A stretch of DNA of 64,000 nt, taken from the NCBI GenBank assembly GCA_963711565.1, contig CAVQEQ010000001.1, forward strand, positions 576,001 through 640,000, read 5' to 3'. Of the stretch, positions 48,389-57,075 are shown piece by piece. Made by a program: the position numbers and the translations under genes. The stretch's first letter is position 1. Every line of letters starts with the position of its first letter. The stretch is from an uncultured delta proteobacterium. GTDB lineage: Bacteria > Desulfobacterota > Binatia > Binatales > Binataceae. The notes beneath the pieces were generated by a model that made no database searches, was not told the DNA's origin, and saw nothing but the letters and a program-made list of their open reading frames with translations.

Positions 48389-49684
48389 ATGACACCACGC
48401 ACGCCGATCGATCCCGAGCTGATCGCAAAACACAACTCGCGCCTGGAGAAGGACCTTGCCGCCGACTACGAGCATCTTGGCGTCGTGCTGGCACGGCGCG
48501 GCATCGACCTCGAAGCGATCACCGCGCGCATCCAGCGATTTGCGGTGGCGATCCCGAGCTGGGGCGTCGGCACGGGCGGCACGCGGTTCGCGCGGTTTCC
48601 GCTTGCCGGCGAGCCGCGCAACGTTTTCGAGAAGCTCGAGGACTGCGCGGTCATCCAGCAGCTTGGACGCGCGACGCCGACGGTGTCGCCGCATTTTCCG
48701 TGGGATCGCGTTGACGATCTCCGCGAGCTGCGCGAGTTCGCGCACTCCTACGGAATCGCTTTCGACGCCGTGAATTCGAATACGTTCGAGGATCTTCCCG
48801 GTCGGCTGTCCTACAAATTCGGCAGCCTGACCCACACTGACAAGGCGGTTCGCGAACAGGCGATCGCGCACAACCTCGAATGCATCGAGATCGGAAAGCA
48901 GCTCGGCTCGCGAGCGCTGACGGTCTGGATTGGCGACGGCTCGAACTTTCCGGGCCAACTCAACATGACGAAAGCGCTGGAACGGTATCTCGAGAGCATG
49001 CGCGTGATCGTCGCGGCGATTCCCGACGGATGGCGCGCGTTCATCGAGCACAAGCTCTACGAGCCGGCGCTGTACTCGACGGTGATCGCGGACTGGGGCA
49101 CCAGTTTCATATGCGCAACGCAGCTCGGCGCGAACGTGCAATGCCTGGTCGACTTGGGGCATCACGCGCCGACGACGAATATAGAGCAGATCGTTTCGCG
49201 GTTGATCCAGTTTCAGCGGCTTGGTGGATTCCATTTCAACGATTCCAAGTATGGCGACGATGACCTCGACACCGGCTCGGTCAACCCGTTCCAGATTTTC
49301 CTGGTTTTCAACGAGTTGGTGGACGCAGAGCTGCGCGGCGCGCCCGGCTTCGCGCCGGCCTACATGCTCGATCAGAGTCACAACGTGACCGACCCGGTCG
49401 AGAGTCTGATGGAGAGCGCGGTCGCACTGCAGCGCGCGTACACGCAGGCGTTGATGGTCGATCGCGGCGGGTTGAATTCAGCGCAGGACTCGAACGACGC
49501 GCTGATGGCTAATCGCACACTGCAGAACGCGGTGCGCATGGACGTCGAGCCCGCGATCAAGATGGCGCGCAAACGAAACGGCGGCGCAATCGACCCGGTC
49601 GCGGTGTTCAGGGAGAGTCGCTACCGTCAGTGCAAAGCGTCGGCGCGTCCGCAAGACCTGACTGGCAAATCGGGAATCGTTTAG
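48389..49684 (+). CDS. rhaI: L-rhamnose isomerase (RhaI type)
   Basis: PSWGVGTGGTRFARF, HFPWD, NSNTF, EHKLYEP, DLGHH, FNDSKYGDDDLD. Confidence 0.93.
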   Translation: MTPRTPIDPELIAKHNSRLEKDLAADYEHLGVVLARRGIDLEAITARIQRFAVAIPSWGVGTGGTRFARFPLAGEPRNVFEKLEDCAVIQQLGRATPTVSPHFPWDRVDDLRELREFAHSYGIAFDAVNSNTFEDLPGRLSYKFGSLTHTDKAVREQAIAHNLECIEIGKQLGSRALTVWIGDGSNFPGQLNMTKALERYLESMRVIVAAIPDGWRAFIEHKLYEPALYSTVIADWGTSFICATQLGANVQCLVDLGHHAPTTNIEQIVSRLIQFQRLGGFHFNDSKYGDDDLDTGSVNPFQIFLVFNELVDAELRGAPGFAPAYMLDQSHNVTDPVESLMESAVALQRAYTQALMVDRGGLNSAQDSNDALMANRTLQNAVRMDVEPAIKMARKRNGGAIDPVAVFRESRYRQCKASARPQDLTGKSGIV

Positions 49685-50790
49685 CTCGAGCGGATAGCGT
49701 TGGAGAGTTTGCGGCTGGTCTTCGCGTCGCGATAGATTAGTGGACCTTCGCCGGAATTCTTTCGTATCGATTCGACGATTCCGTGATGCGGTGAGAGGCG
49801 GCAGATCGGATCGGCTTCGGCCGCGTTTCCGGCAAGCATAAAGGCCTGGCAACGGCATCCGCCGAAATCGATTTCCTTCCTGGCGCACGAGCGGCACGGT
49901 TCCATCATCCAATCGTCGCCGCGAAACGCATTCATAGCGGGCGAATCGCGCCAGATCTTCCCCAACGCGCCATCGCGCACCGAATCGAAGCGCAATCCCG
50001 GGATCACCGAGGCGGCGTGACACGGCATCACCTCGCCGGTCGGATTGATGCACATATAACTGCGGCCCCATCCGCCCATGCACGGCTTGGGCTCGCCCGA
50101 GAGATAGTCATTCTGCACGAACGCGATCTCGAGCATGCCGCGATACTTCTCTATCGCCTCGAGCGCGATTTCTTCGGCGCGATCGTACTGCTCGCGGGTC
50201 GGCATCAATGCTCGACGATTCTCGGCCGCCCACGCATAGAACTGAGTATTCGCAAGCTCGAGACGATTCGCACCCAGTTCCAATGCGAGCGCGATGAGGT
50301 CGGGAACTTCGGAAATATTCAACCGATGAATCACGACGTTGAGCGTTAACGGAAAGCCGAGCTTGCCGATAAGCCGCGCAATCTCGAGTTTTTTTCGATG
50401 CGAGCGCACGCCAGCGATCGTCTCGGCGCTTTCACGGTGAGCGCCCTGGATACTCAATTGAATGTGGTCGAGGCCGGCCTCGCGAAAACGCCACAACTTG
50501 TCCTCGTCGAGTATCGTGCCGCCCGTTATCAGGTTGGTGTAGAGATCATTCGTGCGCGCGTGCTGAATCAGTTCGATCAAATCATCGCGGAGGACAGGCT
50601 CGCCACCCGAGAGATGCAACTGCATGACGCCCAGTTCCGCAGCCTCGGAAAAAACGCGGCGCCAGTCGCCGGTCGAGAGCTCGGCCCGCGAGCGGTGGAA
50701 ATCGACGGGGTTGGAACAGTACACGCATCGCAACGGGCATCGATAGGTAAGCTCCGCGACCAGCGTGTAGGGACGCGGCGCCGCGCTCAT
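49681..50790 (-). CDS. pqqE: PqqA peptide cyclase (radical SAM/SPASM)
   Basis: AELTYRCPLRCVYCSNP, SGGEP, ELANTQFYAWA, PKPCMGGWG, DFGGCRCQA. Confidence 0.96.
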   Translation of the reverse strand: MSAAPRPYTLVAELTYRCPLRCVYCSNPVDFHRSRAELSTGDWRRVFSEAAELGVMQLHLSGGEPVLRDDLIELIQHARTNDLYTNLITGGTILDEDKLWRFREAGLDHIQLSIQGAHRESAETIAGVRSHRKKLEIARLIGKLGFPLTLNVVIHRLNISEVPDLIALALELGANRLELANTQFYAWAAENRRALMPTREQYDRAEEIALEAIEKYRGMLEIAFVQNDYLSGEPKPCMGGWGRSYMCINPTGEVMPCHAASVIPGLRFDSVRDGALGKIWRDSPAMNAFRGDDWMMEPCRSCARKEIDFGGCRCQAFMLAGNAAEADPICRLSPHHGIVESIRKNSGEGPLIYRDAKTSRKLSNAIRSS

Positions 50791-51062
50791 TGGAGCAACC
50801 CGCGCGCGCGAATCGTGGCAATGAAATCCACGACCTCGCGCATCAACGCGTCGCGATCGGCGTTGCCGTATTTCTCGGATAACCGATCGACGATTTCACT
50901 TATCGAGCGAGCGCCGTTGCATAGCTGTACGATCGCGGCGCCAGTTTCATTGAGCGCCAGGGCGGCTTCCGGGAACAGCAGCATTACCTGCTTTTCGATC
51001 GGGTCGAACTTGAGCCGCGCGCACGAGGCCAGACGCGGCCGCCATGCGTCGTCAGCGTCCAT
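50787..51062 (-). CDS. pqqD: PQQ biosynthesis peptide chaperone
   Basis: MDADD...LLFPE...LNETGAAIVQLCNG; TGATG coupling to pqqC. Confidence 0.92.
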   Translation of the reverse strand: MDADDAWRPRLASCARLKFDPIEKQVMLLFPEAALALNETGAAIVQLCNGARSISEIVDRLSEKYGNADRDALMREVVDFIATIRARGLLQ

Positions 51063-51802
51063 CAGAGTTTCCGCGAGTCGTGCCACAGCGGCGGCAGATG
51101 GCCGGGTGAGACGTACGCGTAGTGAACCGCGTCGAGCAGGCACCAAAGTATGTGGCACTTGAGCGTGAGCGCTTCTGCCGCGCGATCCTGCGACTCGCGC
51201 GTCGTGCAATGCGCGACGACGTATTGCAAGCCGAACTCCGAGTCGCGCGGCGCCTGCACGAGGCGTCCACGGAAGTATTCCAGCCCGCGGCTGTCGAGCC
51301 ACGGGTAGAGTTTTTCGAGAACGGCGATACGATCCGCCATCAGCGTCGCCGCGAACAATTCCGTCAGCGACGACGCGACTGCCTCGGTCAGCGGACGCGA
51401 CGCGCACAGATGCAGATAGGCGTCCACCGCGAAGCGCACGCCGGGCAGTACGTAGCGCAGGCTCGCGACGTCGGCGACATTGAGCCCGGCGGCCTCCGAC
51501 AGCTTGTACCACTTGCGGATGCCGCCCTCGCTGTCTCCAATCCCGTCGTGGTCGGTGATGCGCGTGATCCATGCGCGGCGGAATTCACGGTCGTCGGCCT
51601 TGGCGAGGATCAGCGCGTCCTTTTTGGGAATCGTCCACTGATAGTAGAAACGATTTTCGATCCACGCTTGCAGTTGCCGCTTGGTCAGCTTGCCCTGATG
51701 CATCAGCACGTGGAACGGATGCTTGTCGTGATAGGCCGCCTCGCCGATTGCACGCAGGCGCGCGACAAATTTTTCCGGCGAGTCGGGATTACTTTCCGCC
51801 AT
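51062..51802 (-). CDS. pqqC: Pyrroloquinoline-quinone synthase
   Basis: YHDKHPFH, NRFYYQ..IP.KDA, RITDHDG, RFAVDAY, SSLTELFA. Confidence 0.96.
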   Translation of the reverse strand: MAESNPDSPEKFVARLRAIGEAAYHDKHPFHVLMHQGKLTKRQLQAWIENRFYYQWTIPKKDALILAKADDREFRRAWITRITDHDGIGDSEGGIRKWYKLSEAAGLNVADVASLRYVLPGVRFAVDAYLHLCASRPLTEAVASSLTELFAATLMADRIAVLEKLYPWLDSRGLEYFRGRLVQAPRDSEFGLQYVVAHCTTRESQDRAAEALTLKCHILWCLLDAVHYAYVSPGHLPPLWHDSRKL

Positions 51803-51819
51803 ATCGTTTCCGTCTGACG

Positions 51820-52719
51820 TCAGACCGTAAAGTCCATGCCGTCTTCGGCGACTTCCCATCCCGCTTTCTCGACCGCGCGCCGCTCGGCCGAGTCTTCGTC
51901 GAGAATGGGATTGGTGTTGTTGATGTGAGTATAGACTTTTCTGATTTGAAGATCGCGGAGCCGCGCAAGACTGCCGCCGGCTCCCGAGATTGGTATGTGA
52001 CCCATCGCCGACGCGGTCCGCGTCCCTGCGCCGCGCAGCTCCATTTCATTCTCCGACCGGAAGCTGCCGTCGAACATAAGACAGTCGCATTCGGCGGCCG
52101 CCGCGATAAATCGTTCGTCGATTTCCCTGATCGCCGGAACATAAAGGAGTGACGAGCCGGTACTACTGTCGATGAGTTTGTAGGCGACCACAGCGCCATC
52201 GTAATTCGCAGGCGGAGTTTTCACATAAGTCGGAACCTTGCCGCTGACGAAGATCGCCTCGAAGCCCAGACCGCTCCCGATAGTCTCGGCCTTGCGATCT
52301 TCGGTCGTCGTCACGCGAAATCTGTCCGGCGAATTCAACGCGCTGAAAACTGGATTCGACGCGAAGACCCAATCGAAAACCAGTGAGGTGCAATAGAGGC
52401 GCACCGGTTGCGACTCTCTAAGCGACAGCAGGCCGGTGATGTGATCGAGCTCCGCGTCGGAAAGCAGGACCGCGTCGATCGCCGATCCTCTAACGAGGCT
52501 GGTGGGCAGCAATTCGGGAAATGAAAATACTTGTGCGCGAAGGTCGGGGCTCGCGTTCAGCAGGGACCAGTGCGAGCCGTCCGCGCTGACAGCCACTGAG
52601 CATTGCGTCCGCGCCTTCGCGCGAAGTGACCCGGTGCGCAACCCTGCGCAATTTACACAGTTGCAGTTCCACTGCGGGAAGCCGCCGCCGGCAGCGGAAC
52701 CAAGGATATGGACCCGCAC
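51820..52719 (-). CDS. pqqB: PQQ biosynthesis protein PqqB
   Basis: LGSAAGGGFPQWNCNC, RTQCS, NASPD, MGH, HINNTNP. Confidence 0.96.
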   Translation of the reverse strand: MRVHILGSAAGGGFPQWNCNCVNCAGLRTGSLRAKARTQCSVAVSADGSHWSLLNASPDLRAQVFSFPELLPTSLVRGSAIDAVLLSDAELDHITGLLSLRESQPVRLYCTSLVFDWVFASNPVFSALNSPDRFRVTTTEDRKAETIGSGLGFEAIFVSGKVPTYVKTPPANYDGAVVAYKLIDSSTGSSLLYVPAIREIDERFIAAAAECDCLMFDGSFRSENEMELRGAGTRTASAMGHIPISGAGGSLARLRDLQIRKVYTHINNTNPILDEDSAERRAVEKAGWEVAEDGMDFTV

Positions 52720-52731
52720 GACGGCCGGGTC

Positions 52732-52881
52732 TTAGGATTCCCGATCGGCTTCCGAGTTGTCGCGAATCAGAGGCTGCTTGAGGACTCGCACCCTCGGATC
52801 GTCCGCCAGCGCGGAACTGTAGCAGTTGATTTCCGCGTCCATCCGGATCTCGACGAACTCTGGCTTCTTCCACTCACTCAT
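52732..52881 (-). CDS. pqqA: PQQ precursor peptide, 49 aa (not in ORF track)
   Basis: AGGAG RBS; MSEWKKPEFVEIRMDAEINCYSSALADDPRVRVLKQPLIRDNSEADRES with W..P and ExxxY; directly upstream of pqqB. Confidence 0.9.
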   Translation of the reverse strand: MSEWKKPEFVEIRMDAEINCYSSALADDPRVRVLKQPLIRDNSEADRES

Positions 52882-52973
52882 ATTTGAACTCCTGCGAACG
52901 CCCCAAAGAGTTTTTACACCATGAGGTTAACTGAAGGCAACGCGTGTCCACATTATGGCGACGCTTTGAGCAG

Positions 52974-54905
52974 CTAATTTACCGATTCCTGAAATACCTG
53001 CTGCCCGGCGATGACACGGTTATCGATTCGACTGCGTCCGGCAGTGCGCCTCAATACAAGCCGTCTCCTGACGCACCAGGCCTGGACTCTTTGGATTTCC
53101 TCGACGTTCGGGCCGGCAAGCAATCCAAGCGACTCGCCCAACGACACCAGATAGAGGCGAGTTCTTTCAATGGCGGCGGCCGTGCGCGAGCGCTCGACCC
53201 GGATGATCGCCATCATGCCGCCGTCTTCGTGTCCGGCGATGTGGCAGTGATACACGAAGTCGCCAATATCGGCTCCGCGAAAGTCCATTCGAACCGTCAC
53301 GGATGGATAAGGATGGCTCGGGTTTCCGTCCCAGAAAGGAACCTGAATCATGTCGAGCATCTGTCCTTGAATGCTTGGATTCGGCTGGGTTCCATTGATT
53401 GCGAAATTGTTCTGCGAAAGCACCAGGAAATGAATCTGGTGGATGTGGAATTCATGATTTTCCATCGCTTGATTTTCGATCGTCCAGTCTTCCACCGCGC
53501 CCTGGGTCGTGACGATAGCCGGTGGATTGTTGGGATCGAACAATTCCGGAGTGGCGCCCGCGACGGTGATGTAGAAGTTAGTGGGACTTGAAGGGTTGCT
53601 GGGGTCGCTCAGCACTTCGGAGAAATAAAGCGAACGCTGCGCGGTCACGCGCGCGGTCTTGAGGTTCTCAAATCGCTGTGGCGATGCCGGCGCGGTGACG
53701 TCCGGCAGTACGCTGTCTTCGGCGCTCACTGATGTGCTCTTGGTGACTGTCTGAATCGTCGCCAGCGTCCGCTGAGTGTCGTTGTCACCGTCGGGGCCGG
53801 TATTGATGGCCAGGGTAACCAGACCTGCGTTCGTTACAGTTGACGGCGGGGCGTTCACGATCAATTCCGCGCGGCCGGCAGTGGGAAGCAGAATGTCCGT
53901 AGCGTTAACGATTTTGCCGTGCCGGTCGCCGTCCTGAGAGCCCGTGGGAACTCCGTCCAGCCCGACTATCTGTAGATTTTGCGGCTCGCCGTCGTATTGT
54001 ACCTGCAGATCGATAATAGTGTCGGCTGACGCGTTCACAACGCGCCAGAGTTGCTTCTCTCCGGCTTGCATTTGTATGACGGCCGGAACTTCATCCGGAT
54101 AAGCGATCGGAACATTGTTCAAAGTAAGATCCCACGAGGGAATGTCACCTACAGGGTTGGGATTGCCCGCGACATTCTGGTCGCGAATCACCAGCACGCG
54201 CTGAGCGAGGTGCCTTACGGCGGGCTGCAGGTTCTGGATTCCATCCACCACGATCGCCCCTGAGGCTCCCCCCTGCAGGGCCGCCTCCACCAGCATGTGC
54301 GCATGCGGATGGTACCAATAAAGTCCGGGCGGCTCGTCTGCCGGAAAGTGGACGTCATAGCGGAATGACTGGCCGGAATTTATCAGTGTATGAACCACCT
54401 CATCCTTGTGGCAGGTCGGAGATATGTTAGTGCCGTGGAAGTGGATATTAACTGACGACCCGGTTAGGTCGCTCGCTCCGCAGTTGGGCGGATTGATCGC
54501 CTCAACCAGCGGCGTCGCGGGAGTGTTATTCGTCATGTTGATCACAAGATGATCACCAGGATGGACATGAAGCGTGGGATTCTCGAGGCCCTCGGGGGTC
54601 ATGAAACAAAACAGCGTCCGGCCATCCGTGTCGGTGGTGGTCTGGTAGGAAAGATTGACCTTGAGCTTGCCGTTGTGACTGAAGAGCGCAGGCGGGTCCT
54701 GGACGATGCTTCCCGCCGTAAACCGAGCGCACGCGTTGGCGACGGGCGCTACGGGATGCGAAGCGAGGGTCGCATGTCCAGGGGGCGCGCCGATATTTGC
54801 TGATGCATGAGCCGGCGCGACGGCTGCTAAAACAATCAGCGTTGCGAGCAGCGGGAGCCCTGTTACGAGAAGCTGTGTGAGGCGCTTCGGCAGTCTTGGA
54901 GTCAT
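52974..54905 (-). CDS. Multicopper oxidase
   Basis: HFHG, WYHPH, HEFHIHQ and HCHIAGHEDGGMM copper motifs; signal peptide. Confidence 0.93.
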   Translation of the reverse strand: MTPRLPKRLTQLLVTGLPLLATLIVLAAVAPAHASANIGAPPGHATLASHPVAPVANACARFTAGSIVQDPPALFSHNGKLKVNLSYQTTTDTDGRTLFCFMTPEGLENPTLHVHPGDHLVINMTNNTPATPLVEAINPPNCGASDLTGSSVNIHFHGTNISPTCHKDEVVHTLINSGQSFRYDVHFPADEPPGLYWYHPHAHMLVEAALQGGASGAIVVDGIQNLQPAVRHLAQRVLVIRDQNVAGNPNPVGDIPSWDLTLNNVPIAYPDEVPAVIQMQAGEKQLWRVVNASADTIIDLQVQYDGEPQNLQIVGLDGVPTGSQDGDRHGKIVNATDILLPTAGRAELIVNAPPSTVTNAGLVTLAINTGPDGDNDTQRTLATIQTVTKSTSVSAEDSVLPDVTAPASPQRFENLKTARVTAQRSLYFSEVLSDPSNPSSPTNFYITVAGATPELFDPNNPPAIVTTQGAVEDWTIENQAMENHEFHIHQIHFLVLSQNNFAINGTQPNPSIQGQMLDMIQVPFWDGNPSHPYPSVTVRMDFRGADIGDFVYHCHIAGHEDGGMMAIIRVERSRTAAAIERTRLYLVSLGESLGLLAGPNVEEIQRVQAWCVRRRLVLRRTAGRSRIDNRVIAGQQVFQESVN

Positions 54906-55033
54906 GACGCTCAACCGTTGGGGGAATGACATGGAGATTTCTCGGCATTCTGAAACTGAGATTCATTCTCAATATCAATACGAGGCTCAGCCTGTCAAGA
55001 AGAAGCAACTGCGCTGGCAGCCGAGACAGTATT

Positions 55034-55480
55034 TCAAGCGCGCCAGGCGAGAAGATCGTCCGCAAATCTGCGCAGCAGGCGCGCAAGATCCTGAAGGTCC
55101 GTCTGGCTCCAGTCAGCCAGCAGGATCGATGCGATCCGTTCACGCGCTGCGTCCAGCGCGTTCGTCATCGCGCGCCCTTTCGCCGTGATCGTCGCTTCGC
55201 GCACCCGCTTGTCGCCCTTGGATGCGCGCCGTGTGACGAGCTTCAAGCTTTCGAGCTTTGCCACCTGCCGGCTGACGGTCGTGTAATCTCGCGCGACGCC
55301 GTCGGCCAGTTCGCCCACTCCGATCGGTCCCTTGCGCTCGATGCCGACCAGCAGGGGAAACAGCGCCCGGTCCAGAGAGATACCGGCTTCCCGGATAAGC
55401 GCCGTGTCGCGCTGTGGCCGGTTCATCATCCCGATCAAGTCGATGAGGGCATGGTGCAGCTGGCGAATCTCTTTGTTCAC
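55034..55480 (-). CDS. MarR family transcriptional regulator
   Basis: ELADGVARDYTTVSRQVAKLE...DKR...T.KG; divergent from the monooxygenase. Confidence 0.9.
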   Translation of the reverse strand: MNKEIRQLHHALIDLIGMMNRPQRDTALIREAGISLDRALFPLLVGIERKGPIGVGELADGVARDYTTVSRQVAKLESLKLVTRRASKGDKRVREATITAKGRAMTNALDAARERIASILLADWSQTDLQDLARLLRRFADDLLAWRA

Positions 55481-55502
55481 GATTTTGGCGGCCCGTTTGC
55501 GA

Positions 55503-55542
55503 TTGACAGTTTACGCGAGATTATGTGTATAATACACATAAT
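55503..55542 (+). promoter_or_regulatory. Promoter overlapped by a putative MarR operator palindrome
   Basis: TTGACA (55503) and TATAAT (55528); perfect inverted repeat ATTATGTGTAT-A-ATACACATAAT at 55520-55542. Confidence 0.75.
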
Positions 55543-55567
55543 TGAACTGCAATGCAGGAGTGCCTGG

Positions 55568-57070
55568 ATGAACCATGAGTTGACGGCCGAAGTTCTCATC
55601 GCTGGCGCCGGGGCCGCAGGATTGACACTAGCCATCGATTTGGCCCGCCGCAACGTCGCCTTTCGCTTGATCGACAAACTGCCCAGCCCGTTCGCCGGCT
55701 CGCGCGGCAAGGGAATACAACCGCGCAGTCAGGAAGTGTTCGAGGATCTCGGCGTCATCGACCGGCTCGTGGCCGTCGGCGGAACCTATCCGCCGCAGCG
55801 CGAATATCGCGAGAACGGTAGTTATCAAGACTCGCCGCTGATGGAACAACATGAAGCCAGGCCGGACGAGCCTTATCTAATCCAGCTGATGGTGCCGCAA
55901 TTCCTGACCGAGGCGGTGTTGCGCGAACGTCTGGCGGAACTCGGGCATCGTCCACATTTCGGCTGCGAGCTGACGGCTTTCGAGCAGGACGCTGACGGCG
56001 TAACGGCTCATGTCATGAGCACTGATGGAGAGGAAGCCGTGCGGGTCGGCTATCTGGTCGGCATGGATGGCGGCAGGAGCTACGTGCGGCACGCGCTGGA
56101 CATCGAATTCCCCGGCCAGACCCTGGGCGTCCGGGCGGTGGTCGCGGACGTTCGGCTGGAAGGGCTCGGCACCGACGCGTGGCATCGGTTCAACGGAGGC
56201 TCGATGGAACGGCTGACTTCATTCTGTCCGCTGCGCGGAACCGATATGTTCCAGCTGCAAGCACCGATCCCGATGGAGGGCGATATCGATCTCTCGCCCG
56301 ACGGGCTGACGGCATGGGCGGCCGCGCGCACCGGCCGAAAGGACATTGTGATTCGCGAGGTCCTATGGGCTTCCGCCTATGACATGAACGCGCGCATGGC
56401 CGACAAATACCAGGTCGGCCGCGTCTTCATCGGCGGCGACGCTGCTCACATCCATCCGCCGACGGGAGGCCAGGGTCTCAATACCAGCGTGCAGGACTCC
56501 TATAATCTTGGATGGAAGCTCGCGGCCGTCATCAACGGCGCGCCGGAGAAAATCCTCGCGACATACGAGGAGGAACGCCGCCCGATCGCGGCGGAGATGC
56601 TCGGCCTCTCGACCAAACTGCTCCAGGCCGCCAAACAGCGCGGTGATATGCGACGCGGCCGCGAGACGCACCAGCTCGATCTGGGTTATCCCGATTCGAG
56701 CCTGTCTCTCAACCAACCGGCGCGATCGCCAGAACTCGTGATGGCGGGGGACCGCGCCCCGGATGCTCCCGTCAGAGGCGCTGCGGGCCAGCCCACCCGG
56801 CTCTTCAAACTCTTCCAGGGTCCGCACTGGACTTTGATCGGCTACCAAGTCGAGCGCGAGGCGATCGCGCCGCGCCGCGACTTGCACATCCACACGATTG
56901 GCGTGCGCGGAGACATCATTGACGAGGGCGGCTACGTTCGCGATGCCTATGGCGTCTCGGCCGGCGACTGGGTGTTGGTCCGGCCGGACGGCTATGTTGG
57001 AGCGATCGTATCGTCCAGCGAGTTAGCGACCTTGAGCCAATATCTGGACGGTGTCGGCATCGCCGCATAG
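55568..57070 (+). CDS. FAD-dependent monooxygenase (PheA/TfdB/Rox-like)
   Basis: AGGAG RBS; GAGAAG, DGGRS, GDAAHIHPPTGGQGLN, LVRPDGYVG. Confidence 0.92.
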   Translation: MNHELTAEVLIAGAGAAGLTLAIDLARRNVAFRLIDKLPSPFAGSRGKGIQPRSQEVFEDLGVIDRLVAVGGTYPPQREYRENGSYQDSPLMEQHEARPDEPYLIQLMVPQFLTEAVLRERLAELGHRPHFGCELTAFEQDADGVTAHVMSTDGEEAVRVGYLVGMDGGRSYVRHALDIEFPGQTLGVRAVVADVRLEGLGTDAWHRFNGGSMERLTSFCPLRGTDMFQLQAPIPMEGDIDLSPDGLTAWAAARTGRKDIVIREVLWASAYDMNARMADKYQVGRVFIGGDAAHIHPPTGGQGLNTSVQDSYNLGWKLAAVINGAPEKILATYEEERRPIAAEMLGLSTKLLQAAKQRGDMRRGRETHQLDLGYPDSSLSLNQPARSPELVMAGDRAPDAPVRGAAGQPTRLFKLFQGPHWTLIGYQVEREAIAPRRDLHIHTIGVRGDIIDEGGYVRDAYGVSAGDWVLVRPDGYVGAIVSSSELATLSQYLDGVGIAA

Positions 57071-57075
57071 TCGGG

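Noticed and set aside
46349-49381. Long antisense ORFs over rhaD/rhaI (also over vWA, the TonB receptor and AI-2E)
   Set aside because: Expected stop-poor shadow frames in high-GC coding DNA; no motifs
50787-51572. 261-aa PqqD or PqqC-D fusion
   Set aside because: The upstream part is an alternative frame of pqqC; pqqD starts at 51062 by TGATG coupling
54926-55567. 714-aa version of the FAD monooxygenase
   Set aside because: The N-terminal 214 aa are antisense to marR; the true start is 55568, with RBS and promoter
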